Below are positions 20,844-30,347 of a stretch of DNA of 64,000 nt, in pieces. Below the pieces are notes generated by a model. The model was not told the DNA's origin, did no database searches, and saw nothing but the letters and a program-made list of their open reading frames with translations. Within the stretch, counting starts at the first letter, position 1. Each line of letters starts with the position of its first letter. The translations under genes and the position numbers were made by a program. Source of the DNA: Promethearchaeota archaeon (GTDB lineage Archaea > Asgardarchaeota > Lokiarchaeia > Sigyniarchaeales > SOKP01); assembly GCA_016839555.1 (NCBI GenBank), contig JAEOUA010000007.1, positions 1-64,000 on the forward strand. Direction: 5' to 3'.

Positions 20844-21276
20844 TCCAGATGTAATAATAAAACGCTTTGAATATCTTAATAAGTTATTAGAAGAATTAGA
20901 AAGCATCAGAAAAATTACAAAAGATGAATTTTTAAATAATTTTTCAACAATTTTAGGGGCCGAGAGAGCTTTAGTATTATCCACCAACATTTGCATAGAT
21001 ATTGGAGCACATATTTTATCAATAAATGATGTTAGCAAACCTGAAACTTATAGTGAAATATTTGAAGATTTAATGAAATTAAATATTATAGATAAGGAGA
21101 TCGAGGAAAGTTTAATTAAATTCGTTGGTTTGAGGAATTTACTCGGTCATTTATATACAAAAGTAAATAATGAGAGGGTTTATAATATTATTCAAGAAAA
21201 TTTGTCTGTTTTTTATTCTTTTAAGAATCAGATTCTAATGAAATTCAAAGATCAATTAAAAAAGAACAATGAATAA
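20833..21276 (+). CDS. hepT: HepT/DUF86 HEPN RNase toxin
   Basis: RNLLGHLY (Rx4HxY); overlaps the mntA stop. Confidence 0.9.
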   Translation: MRVNPDVIIKRFEYLNKLLEELESIRKITKDEFLNNFSTILGAERALVLSTNICIDIGAHILSINDVSKPETYSEIFEDLMKLNIIDKEIEESLIKFVGLRNLLGHLYTKVNNERVYNIIQENLSVFYSFKNQILMKFKDQLKKNNE

Positions 21277-21582
21277 ATATTGAATTCAATAAATTTATTT
21301 TTAATTCTTTCTCCGTTTGCCAAAAGTGAATCCAAATTTTTCAGAATAATAAATATTTAAGCTAATATAGAATCAATATCTTAGGGAAACTCTTCTCTTG
21401 TTATTTTTTAAAAATCAAATGAGGTTGTTATATTATTTAGTTCTCTTGCTTTTCTGCATGCAAATCCATAATCATATGTATTCTTTTTAAACTTTTAGTT
21501 TGAAGTATTGAAAGAGCTTTCTATTTATAAAGTATTGAAGAAAGTTTTATAAGAATGTTGGTGGAGAGAATCAGATTAAAAA

Positions 21583-22138
21583 TTTTTTATTGGTTAGAAC
21601 TTTATTAGGGAGAAAAGGAAAAAATTTTGGCACTGAAGCTCAACATAAAGAAGTTAGGGACTTTTTAAAAATTATTCTTATAAAATTTTTAGCTGATCTT
21701 TTAAAAGCGTTGTTTGATTATCGAGTAGATGCTGATAATTATCTTACTAAATCTGTTAATAAATTAATCAATCGGGAGCTCTGTGAGAGATGTATTACAA
21801 TCGCGGAGGAGATTATAAATAATATTAAAGTAATAGCATCATAAAAACTGTTAAATAGTTTAATTTTATTTTTTTACTAAGAAATTTGAAATTATTGTAA
21901 GTTCATGTAAGATTGGAATCTTAAATATTTTTAAAGTAATTTAATATAATCTACTTTTTAAAAAATATCAGCAGTTCTTATAAATAGCAAAAAAATAAAT
22001 TTTTTAGAAAATTGAAAATATTTTATTATATATATTTTTCCCTCAAATTATTTACAACTTTATTAACCTCTGTAACTATATTATACTATATATATAATAA
22101 GATAGCAAAGAATGTAGCTTCAACAAGAAGATTGAAAT
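21583..22138 (+). repeat. Copy 2 of the ~560-bp duplication; includes a 5'-truncated HEPN pseudogene at 21590-21844
   Basis: Highly similar to 19646-20211. Confidence 0.95.
22102..22138 (+). CRISPR. Solitary perfect CRISPR repeat
   Basis: 37/37 to the main-array consensus; no second repeat follows. Confidence 0.97.
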
Positions 22139-22435
22139 ATGTTATCATCGTAAGAGGTTAAGAATAAATTATTATATCAATATATTGTAGGGGGGCTTTA
22201 AATGTTCTAATTTTTTTTTCATCGAGAAATTTAAACATATTAAAAATTTAAATAAAAGTTAAAATAGGTTCTAAATCATTCTAATATAAATTGAAAATGA
22301 GAAGATTAAATTATAAATCAAAAAAGATTATCAATTAATAGCGAAAGAATTAATTTGATTTACAAAATAAAAATTTTTTGGATAAATTACTAAACAAAAT
22401 ATTATACGTAAGGGTAAATAATAAAGAGGAATTAT

Positions 22436-22720
22436 ATGACAAATATTGAAGAGATAAAGAAAAAAGTCATTCCAATTTTACAACATCATGGAGTTAAAAG
22501 GGCAGGGTTATTTGGTTCGTTTGTTAGGGGGGAAATGAAAGAGGATAGCGATATTGATATATTAGTAGAGATTGAGGAAGATATTAGTTTACTTGATTTT
22601 ATAGGTATTAAATTGGAGATCGAGGAAGTATTGAGAAGAAAAGTGGATTTAGTGGAATATAGTACAATTAAACCACTTCTTAAAGAAAGAATATTAAGTG
22701 AACAAGTGGAGATTCTATGA
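22436..22720 (+). CDS. mntA: Minimal nucleotidyltransferase antitoxin
   Basis: [20 protein letters not shown]. Confidence 0.92.
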   Translation: MTNIEEIKKKVIPILQHHGVKRAGLFGSFVRGEMKEDSDIDILVEIEEDISLLDFIGIKLEIEEVLRRKVDLVEYSTIKPLLKERILSEQVEIL

Positions 22721-23070
22721 AAAGGAATATAACGGTTTATATTGAAGATATCTTAGATAGCATTAAAAAAGTAGATGAATATACAAAAAATATTACTGAA
22801 CAGAATTTCTATAAAAATACGCAAGTCCAAGATGCTATTTTGAGACGATTAGAAATCATAGGCGAAGCAGTAAAGAAAATCTCTCAGGAATTTAGAGATA
22901 AATATCCAGAAATCCCTTGGAAACAGATTGCAGGAATGCGAGATATTCTTATTCACCAATATTTTGGAGTAAATTTAAAGCGAACTTGGAAGGTTATTAT
23001 AGAAGATATTTTTGATTTGAAGAACAAAATGCTAAAAGTGAAAAAAGATCTTGATGAAAACAAATGCTAA
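22717..23070 (+). CDS. hepT: HepT/DUF86 toxin
   Basis: [27 protein letters not shown]; ATGA overlap with mntA. Confidence 0.92.
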   Translation: MKRNITVYIEDILDSIKKVDEYTKNITEQNFYKNTQVQDAILRRLEIIGEAVKKISQEFRDKYPEIPWKQIAGMRDILIHQYFGVNLKRTWKVIIEDIFDLKNKMLKVKKDLDENKC

Positions 23071-23238
23071 TAAGATATTCTTTATTTCTTTAATTGAAAT
23101 TGCTTGACAATCGTTTTTTTAGATAAGAGATAGTTATTCAATTAGGAATCGCCCCGTGGGTATTAAACAATAAAACTACTCACTTAAGATGCTTTATTCT
23201 TTTTTCTTTATTAATTTAGCTTTTATTTTTATTTTAAA

Positions 23239-23348
23239 GTAACAGAGAATTTAGCTTCAACAAGAAGATTGAAATACAAAAGCAAAAAAATCTAAATGAA
23301 GATAATCTTCTATAGCACAGAATATAGCTTCAACAAGAAGATTGAAAT
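23239..23348 (+). CRISPR. Mini-array: 2 variant repeats, one 36-nt spacer
   Basis: Repeats 23239-23275 and 23312-23348. Confidence 0.93.
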
Positions 23349-23398
23349 GATGTTTTTGTGAGATAGGAATTTATAATTTATTAAATAATCAAATTTAA

Positions 23399-23884
23399 AT
23401 GTTCAAATGCAGTTTATATAATAGGATGGAAGAAAATAATAAGAAACCTATAGATAATAAAAGACTTGAACGTTACATTGAGAAATTAGAGCATTTCAAC
23501 AAATTAGCGGAGAGGCTCGATAATTGGACAGAAGAGGTTGGCGAAAAAGGATTTCTAGCTTTGGATTTGAAAGATCAATTTGCAATTTATCATGCGTTTC
23601 AAATAATAATTGAAATAATAACCGATTTAATTGCAATGACCGTTAAGGATTTAAAGATTAAACCAACAGACGACTATACGAATATCATACATTTAAAGGA
23701 ACAAAACTTCCTAACCGAAGAATTGACTGAAAGTTTAAGGAAGCTAAATGGGTTAAGAAATGTTATAGTTCATGATTATAATGGAATTGATGAATTATTA
23801 GTGTACAGAGGAATAAAAGAGAATTTCCATTTTATTAAACAATTTTATAAGGTGATGCGAGAATGGTTGCAGAACAAATATTAA
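23399..23884 (+). CDS. hepT: HepT/DUF86 toxin (start probably 23426)
   Basis: GLRNVIVHDY. Confidence 0.88.
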   Translation: MFKCSLYNRMEENNKKPIDNKRLERYIEKLEHFNKLAERLDNWTEEVGEKGFLALDLKDQFAIYHAFQIIIEIITDLIAMTVKDLKIKPTDDYTNIIHLKEQNFLTEELTESLRKLNGLRNVIVHDYNGIDELLVYRGIKENFHFIKQFYKVMREWLQNKY

Positions 23885-24264
23885 AACAGATTAGACGAGA
23901 TTTTATGCCCATTCTTAAAAAAAAGAATGTATTAGGGTTAATTTTATTTGGATCCCATGTCAATGAAACGCAAACCAATCGGAGTGATATAGATCTCTGC
24001 GTAGTAGCGCCTGAAGAGGATCCATTTGAGCTCTATTCTCTTTTTTCGATAAAAATTGACTTATTTTCAAAACAGTATGATATCAAATTTTTTTCAGAAT
24101 TACCACTTTATCTACAAATAAGAGTTATAGAAGATGGTATCATAGTTTATTCCACAGATGAGTTAGAATTATACGAATATTTTTATCATTTCCGAAAGTT
24201 ATGGACAGATCAGAAGCACCGGCAGCAACTCTCTAGGGAAGAAATGCTCTCTCTATTGGAATAA
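23863..24264 (+). CDS. mntA: Nucleotidyltransferase antitoxin (toxin-first gene order)
   Basis: ILFGSHV...RSDIDLCVV. Confidence 0.88.
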   Translation: MVAEQILKQIRRDFMPILKKKNVLGLILFGSHVNETQTNRSDIDLCVVAPEEDPFELYSLFSIKIDLFSKQYDIKFFSELPLYLQIRVIEDGIIVYSTDELELYEYFYHFRKLWTDQKHRQQLSREEMLSLLE

Positions 24265-24484
24265 AGGAAAAATATTAGGATTTTCTAAAAAAACTTAATT
24301 TTATCCAATAAATTAAAAATTATTTAAGTTATAAAATTAAATTTCTTTTTTGAGAAACAAGTTCGAATCGGAATAAATACATTATGCGAGAGCAGGGCTA
24401 GAACCATCGGATATTGTCTAATGCCAGAACTCTGCATTTGGGAGTATTAATCCATCATTCTTTCGGGTGTGGTAGTTTAAATAA

Positions 24485-24521
24485 ATAGCTGAAAATTTTC
24501 CTTTATATAGAAGATTGAAAT
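24485..24521 (+). CRISPR. Solitary degenerate CRISPR repeat
   Basis: ATAGCTGAAAATTTTCCTTTATATAGAAGATTGAAAT, 27/37; exact length with both ends conserved. Confidence 0.7.
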
Positions 24522-24713
24522 ATAAAAACAAGTATCAAATTTTTGAATTTTAATCAAATGATAACAGAAGATTATGTAAACAATACTCGATACTGCTCTT
24601 TATTAAATAAGTTTAATATAAATTTCAAAATATAAAATGTATTTATATAATGAAGTTATGTGTTAATAATGACAAGAGATAATGTTAAATATTTATTTTT
24701 CTTACTAGAAAGT

Positions 24714-24935
24714 ATGAATGTTGGAAAAATAAGTAAGAAGGGTCAAATTGTGATACCTAAAGAAATTAGGGAACGATTCGGGATAATGCCTGGTGATGCG
24801 CTTATTTTCAAGATTCAAGATGATAAAATAATAATAGAAAAGATCCAGCAGAAAATGTCGGAGATTTTAATGAATAGCAAACCCATAGAAAATAGCCTTG
24901 ACTTTCAAAGAAAACTTCGTGGGGAATGGGAATGA
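24714..24935 (+). CDS. vapB: AbrB/MazE-family antitoxin
   Basis: KISKKGQIVIPKEIRERFGIMPGD. Confidence 0.9.
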   Translation: MNVGKISKKGQIVIPKEIRERFGIMPGDALIFKIQDDKIIIEKIQQKMSEILMNSKPIENSLDFQRKLRGEWE

Positions 24936-25351
24936 AAGTAAATCTTGATACTAATATTTTTATTGCTGTTAAAAATCAGGAATCACATTTTGAATATTGT
25001 AAAAAAATTCTTGATGAAATTGAAAATAAAAAATTTGATGCGGTAATGTCTACAATAGTATTTATGGAAGTTCTTGTGGGGTTTTTTCAAAATAATGAGC
25101 AAATCGAAGCAAATAAATTCGCTAGCAACGCAATACTTAATTATAAATTAATTTCTGTGGACCATGAAATCGCACGCAGAGCGGCTAATATAAGGGCTCA
25201 GTATAAGATTAAACTTCCAGATGCGATAATTTCTGCTACGACTCTTCTTTCTGAATGTGATTTTTTTATTACCAAAAATAAGCCTTTATTAAAAAAATTA
25301 AAAATTCATAAGATCACTCCAAAAACGTTTGTAGAGGAATATATTAATTAA
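24932..25351 (+). CDS. vapC: PIN-domain VapC toxin
   Basis: LDTNIFI, E, LPDAIISAT. Confidence 0.9.
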   Translation: MKVNLDTNIFIAVKNQESHFEYCKKILDEIENKKFDAVMSTIVFMEVLVGFFQNNEQIEANKFASNAILNYKLISVDHEIARRAANIRAQYKIKLPDAIISATTLLSECDFFITKNKPLLKKLKIHKITPKTFVEEYIN

Positions 25352-25627
25352 ATCTCAATTCCGACTTAAAAAATTTTTTTAAAATCAAAATTTCTTCTAT
25401 ATGTGTTATATTTTCCATTTATCTCATATTTATAGTCTAAAATTATTATATTATCAATAATATTAAAAAAGTATTTGAATAATAATTAAAATAATAATAC
25501 TTCTTTCTATTGAATAAAAAAAAGATGATATTCGCTTATGAAGTTAATGCCTATTAATCCTTGATTATATATGTTTCAAAATAACTGAGCCATTATTTGC
25601 CGATATAGGTTTAGCTATTATAGTTCA

Positions 25628-25831
25628 TTGCGCCTATGTGTTATTTTTAAAATTAAGCAGGAAATCCCTACTTTTTGTCGTACGCTGGAAAAATTTATAC
25701 AAGAAAGTTTTTATAATTTTGTTAGAAATCCAATATATCTTTCTTGGATACCAGTCTTCTTACTTTTGATTGAAAATATCGCCCGTTGGATCTTGATTAA
25801 AGCATTATTAACTCCCATATCAAACTTTTAA
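25628..25831 (+). pseudogene. Possible remnant of an ICMT/PEMT-family methyltransferase
   Basis: Only the FYNFVRNPIYLSW motif supports this. Confidence 0.3.
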
Positions 25832-25921
25832 GCCAAACAATTAATGCCATCAGATTTTTTAATATTAAAGACTATAATTATATCAATTATATAGTATTTA
25901 AAAAACAAGTGATGTAAAATA

Positions 25922-26128
25922 ATGCCAGTTGTTGATGTTAAAGTATGGAAAGGTATTTCAGAAGATATTATAAAAAAGATTATAAGTGGTATAACTAATG
26001 TATTTGTAGATCTTGGTATTCCAAAGCAAGCAGTAGAGGTAATAATACAAGAAATTCCTAAAAAACATTGGGGGATTGAGGGAAAGCCTGCAACAGAATC
26101 TCGCCCAGACGCCGTCCCACCTAAGTAA
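25922..26128 (+). CDS. 4-oxalocrotonate tautomerase family protein
   Basis: N-terminal Pro, VEVIIQEIPKKHWGIEG, 68 aa. Confidence 0.9.
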   Translation: MPVVDVKVWKGISEDIIKKIISGITNVFVDLGIPKQAVEVIIQEIPKKHWGIEGKPATESRPDAVPPK

Positions 26129-26243
26129 ATCTTTTGATTAAGAAATTCTTTTTAGATTCACTTGCCCTTCTTATTCTTTACGAAGAACAGGGATTTGCGG
26201 TGATTGAGTTAAAGGGTGGCTGATAAATATTGTTATATTATTC

Positions 26244-26546
26244 TTATTCTTCCTTTTTTTCTTCAATTATTAATTTAGCTGTTGCCATCCAAATAATAAA
26301 AAAGACTATTCCATTTGAAATTGATGAAATAACACTATCTAAGAGGGTCCATTGAAATATCAAATGGAAAATTAGTCCCATAATAACTTGAACTGCCAAG
26401 TATAATAATCCAGTAACTACAAAAATCTTCTTTTTTTTCATCATATATATTATAAATTGGAAAGGTGATTTATTAAATTTTAAAAAAAATTCAACTATTT
26501 CTGTAATAAATTCACAAAAATTTTTTATGTAAAATATTTGTATCAA
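26244..26546 (-). CDS. Small membrane protein (start likely at MMKKKK)
   Basis: Two hydrophobic helices. Confidence 0.5.
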   Translation of the reverse strand: MIQIFYIKNFCEFITEIVEFFLKFNKSPFQFIIYMMKKKKIFVVTGLLYLAVQVIMGLIFHLIFQWTLLDSVISSISNGIVFFIIWMATAKLIIEEKKEE

Positions 26547-26558
26547 AACTTAATAAAA

Positions 26559-26669
26559 GTAGCAGAGAACAAAGCATCAACAAGAAGATTGAAATTTTTA
26601 CTAGGTATATGGTACCAAGAGACTATCCAAATAATAGCAAATACAATAGCTTCAATAGAACATTGAAAT
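26559..26669 (+). CRISPR. Mini-array: 2 degenerate repeats, one 38-nt spacer
   Basis: Repeats 26559-26595 and 26634-26669. Confidence 0.85.
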
Positions 26670-26729
26670 TTACAACCGGGAAAAAAATTATATATTCTCT
26701 TTAATCTGAGCTATTTATTTTGAAATTGC

Positions 26730-27410
26730 CTAAATAACATCAATATCTAAAATAAAATACCCATTTTTTTGTATTATTTTTTTCTTTTTAATAATAAGTG
26801 GATGGGAAAAAATTGGACCATTAGTTACTATTGTATGGTATTCACCAGTTTCTCCCGATATATCTATTCCTAATTTTTCTAATTTTACTATAATTTCGTT
26901 ATTTAGGATTTTACCTAGGAATTTTTTATTTAATTTATCAGCTTTTACTACTATTATAGTAGCTTTAAATCCAAGATCAAATAATTCATGAAGGAGTTTT
27001 TTTCTTGATTTTTTCCATAACGGCAGGAGAGGATTAATTTTTACAATCGAACATACATATTCAACCCATTTACGGTTTTCTTCTATATCTATATCTCCAA
27101 ATACTCCAAAATAGACTTCTTGCTTTTTTAATTCCTGTAATACGGCAATATAATTTTTCTCATAATCATCCCAAGTAGTAGAACGAGTAATTAATGGAAT
27201 TTCAAGGCTATGAGCTAGCTTTTGGAGCGTATTTAAATTAAGACCATGAGATCTAGACCTTTTCCCATCCTCTCTTAACATATTTAAGAGATATTTTGGG
27301 CGCCCCCCCATTTGTATTGCACGATAAAGTGCTAAACTTGAATCTTTACCGCCACTCCATGAACAAAAAAAATCAAAATTGTTCAGCCCTTTAGTAATGA
27401 GTCTCACCAT
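26730..27410 (-). CDS. Diphthine-ammonia ligase / MJ0570-family PP-loop ATPase
   Basis: SWSGGKDS, FGDID, GETGEYHT. Confidence 0.88.
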   Translation of the reverse strand: MVRLITKGLNNFDFFCSWSGGKDSSLALYRAIQMGGRPKYLLNMLREDGKRSRSHGLNLNTLQKLAHSLEIPLITRSTTWDDYEKNYIAVLQELKKQEVYFGVFGDIDIEENRKWVEYVCSIVKINPLLPLWKKSRKKLLHELFDLGFKATIIVVKADKLNKKFLGKILNNEIIVKLEKLGIDISGETGEYHTIVTNGPIFSHPLIIKKKKIIQKNGYFILDIDVI

Positions 27411-28060
27411 CCTTTATTTTTTATTACATAAATAGAATTATAAACTTTATTACTGCTGTAGCATATAATAATAGTGCATAAAGTAGTACTATAATAATTA
27501 TACGATTTTGATATTTAAAAGGATAATATGCAATTAAAGTAGAAAATATAAAATTTTTTGTTATCATTTCTCTATTTATTTTTTTAATAATAGATAATAA
27601 TCTATTTAAGATTTAACCCTAAAATATGATTATTATTTAAAGATCTAATAAATAAAACCCCACAATCCGAAATAAAAAAATTTTCAATCTTAATAACGTC
27701 TTTATTGTTTTGATTTTTTATTTGATTATATCCAGAATTATAAAAGCAATCTAATGCTTCTAAAGCTCTTTCTTCAGTTTTCATTAATGCTTTAAACTCA
27801 GAAATTTCCAAAAAAGCAACAAAAGTATTTCCATCAAAATCTTCTAATGGAATCTTTACATGTCCCTACTAATTTTTTGTTTAAATAATATTTAATACCT
27901 TATCATGATTTAAGGTGAAAAAATTAGTTTCTTAAGACTTTTATGCTTTTTCTTTTGCTCTTGTGGATTTTTGTTTATTAATTGTGTTTATTTTTTAATG
28001 TGTTATGATTATCTAGCATAAATATGAATACTTAAATATTTATATAACCAATTCCAATTC

Positions 28061-28528
28061 ATGAGTGCTCCATTAAATTCCTATTTTAATTCAATTAGCC
28101 CTTCTGCAAAATCATTACTTTTAAATAAATCTTTGACCACTATACCTTTTGCAAAAGAAGCAGTTGAATTAATGTGGGGTGAAAAGAGTTTACAACATGT
28201 TTACGAAAAATTGACCTCTTATCAATTCATTTTAAAGTGTATACATTTTGAAACTAGGTATTTATCAATAGATGAAGCTCTCTCAGTTATTAATTTAAAA
28301 AATATCCTTGAATTTTCTTCAGGTTATTCGTTTCGTGGATTAAGTAAATGTAGCAATCCAGAAATCTTCTATATTGATACGGACTTACCTCAAATTCAAG
28401 AAATTAAAAAGAAGTTAATCGAAGAATTGTACAATAAATATTGCACCTATGCAATAAATAATTTAAGATTTACATCAAGAGAATTCAATATTCAAAAAGA
28501 TCTTATAGTAAATTATCCTAATTTTTAA
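28061..28528 (+). CDS. Class I SAM methyltransferase-like protein, probably truncated
   Basis: ILEFSSGYSFRG, YIDTDLP. Confidence 0.55.
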   Translation: MSAPLNSYFNSISPSAKSLLLNKSLTTIPFAKEAVELMWGEKSLQHVYEKLTSYQFILKCIHFETRYLSIDEALSVINLKNILEFSSGYSFRGLSKCSNPEIFYIDTDLPQIQEIKKKLIEELYNKYCTYAINNLRFTSREFNIQKDLIVNYPNF

Positions 28529-28610
28529 TTTAAACTTAAGATGAATAATAATTATAATTTAGAAGATAAAATTATTATATAGAAAATTAAGCATTAAAAA
28601 ATGAATGTAA

Positions 28611-28892
28611 ATGTCGAATAAATTTATAATTATGGATAATGATGAAGATAACTGTGCCACTGCCTTGGTTGATATTTCCCACGATACAGAATTAGAAGTA
28701 AATGACGAAATCATCAAAATTAATCAAAATATTCCATTAGGTCATAAATTTGCGTTAAAAAATATTAAGAAAGGAGAAAAAATTATCAAATATGGGCAAA
28801 TAATTGGTATTGCTACCGAAGATATCTCAGTGGGGGACTGGCTACATACTCATAATATTACCAGTCATTATTTAGAGGAGGTATGCCAATAA
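28611..28892 (+). CDS. UxaA-family dehydratase small (SAF) subunit
   Basis: DNCATAL, IPLGHKFAL, KYGQIIG, HTHN. Confidence 0.9.
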   Translation: MSNKFIIMDNDEDNCATALVDISHDTELEVNDEIIKINQNIPLGHKFALKNIKKGEKIIKYGQIIGIATEDISVGDWLHTHNITSHYLEEVCQ

Positions 28893-30073
28893 TGGAGGAA
28901 TTTTTAGGATATGAGCGACCCAAGGGAGAGGTAGGAATTCGCAATAAAATCGCCATTATATCTTCGGTAGTCTGTGTAAATCATGTAGCAGAACAAATCT
29001 CACGTCAGATAGAAAATTCGGTTGCAATTACTCATCCGCTTGGATGTGGGCAATTCGGACCAGATTTTTCTTATACGTTAAGAACTCTGGTCGGCTTAGG
29101 GAAGAATCCCAATGTGTATGGAATAGTTGTTGTTGGCCTTGGCTGCGAAAATATAACAAGTAAATTAATTGGAAAGCAGATCAAAAGAGCTAAAAAACCT
29201 ATAGAATATTTCGATGTTCAGGATGTAAAAGGAGGGACAAACGCAGCTATCGAGAAAGGGGTTAAATTAGGCAATAAAATGGCAGAGGAATCTAAAGAAT
29301 TAAAAAGGGAACCATTTGATTTTTCTAATATAATACTAGGTCTTGAATGTGGTGGCTCAGATTCAATTTCGGGAATAACTGCGAACCCTGCTGTTGGAAT
29401 AATTTCAGATAAAATAGTGGAACTTGGGGGCATATCAATTTTACCAGAATTTACAGAATGGCTAGGAACTGAACACTTACTTATGGAAAGAGCCAAAGAT
29501 GAGAGAGTTGCTAAAAAAATAAAGGAAACTATTGATACCTTCCTTAATAACACAATGAAGTTAGGGATAGATTTCAGAGGGATACAACCTACTCCGGGAA
29601 ATATTGAAGGTGGTTTAACCACCATAGAGGAAAAATCGTTGGGTACTATTGCTAAAGCTGGTAAAGCCCCAATTCAAGGAATATTAGAATATTCGGAAAA
29701 ACCAAAAGGAAAAGGTCTCTGGCTGATGGTCGAACCTGGACTCGATGTTGAATCCATGACTGGCTTAGCAGCCGCAAGTGCTCAAATTATTGTAATGACT
29801 ACGGGAAGGGGAAGCCCTTGCGGAAATCCTGTTGCGCCTGTAATTAAGATCTGCGGAAATCCGAAGACCTGCGATTGGATGGCAAGTAATATTGATATTG
29901 ATGCCAGTAAAATTATAACTGAAAATAAAAAAATTGATGATATTGCATCTATTTTATGGGAGAAAGTTAAGCGCACATGCAACGGTGAAAAAACTTATGC
30001 TGAGATTTTAGGTTTTGAAGATATCGCCATTTGGAGATGCTCCGCTGCACCATTCCAAGTTTTTCAATCATAA
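28883..30073 (+). CDS. UxaA/GarD/SuyB-family dehydratase large subunit
   Basis: GIRN, HPLGC, GLGCE, ECGGSD, EEKSLG, TTGRG. Confidence 0.92.
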   Translation: MPIMEEFLGYERPKGEVGIRNKIAIISSVVCVNHVAEQISRQIENSVAITHPLGCGQFGPDFSYTLRTLVGLGKNPNVYGIVVVGLGCENITSKLIGKQIKRAKKPIEYFDVQDVKGGTNAAIEKGVKLGNKMAEESKELKREPFDFSNIILGLECGGSDSISGITANPAVGIISDKIVELGGISILPEFTEWLGTEHLLMERAKDERVAKKIKETIDTFLNNTMKLGIDFRGIQPTPGNIEGGLTTIEEKSLGTIAKAGKAPIQGILEYSEKPKGKGLWLMVEPGLDVESMTGLAAASAQIIVMTTGRGSPCGNPVAPVIKICGNPKTCDWMASNIDIDASKIITENKKIDDIASILWEKVKRTCNGEKTYAEILGFEDIAIWRCSAAPFQVFQS

Positions 30074-30347
30074 TCATATTAGCATTAATAATATTTCTAC
30101 CATTATTTTTTGCTTTCACCTTTTATTTTGGTAATAACATTTCTTTTATTGGATTAAATTTAAATTTTAAACGAGGAAATTTAATTTATTTAAATTATGA
30201 TGTTCAAAATCTAAATTAAGAATTTTTACTTCATCCTTTAAAAAGTTTTGGATGAATTTTCAAGATATAATAATAAAATATAAATCTTATTAAACAATTA
30301 TTCAAATACTTAAAAAAGATAATAATATTAAATTAATCATAATTATC

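Noticed and set aside
21290-21520. Decayed ORF-like stretches (also about 15.9-16.1, 17.8-17.97, 24.36-24.48, 27.6-28.0 and 40.8-41.1 kb)
   Set aside because: They look like pseudogene debris, but I could not assign any family.
24361-24370. GTTCGAATC tRNA T-loop-like motif
   Set aside because: No flanking T-stem or cloverleaf; I found no tRNA or rRNA gene in the window.
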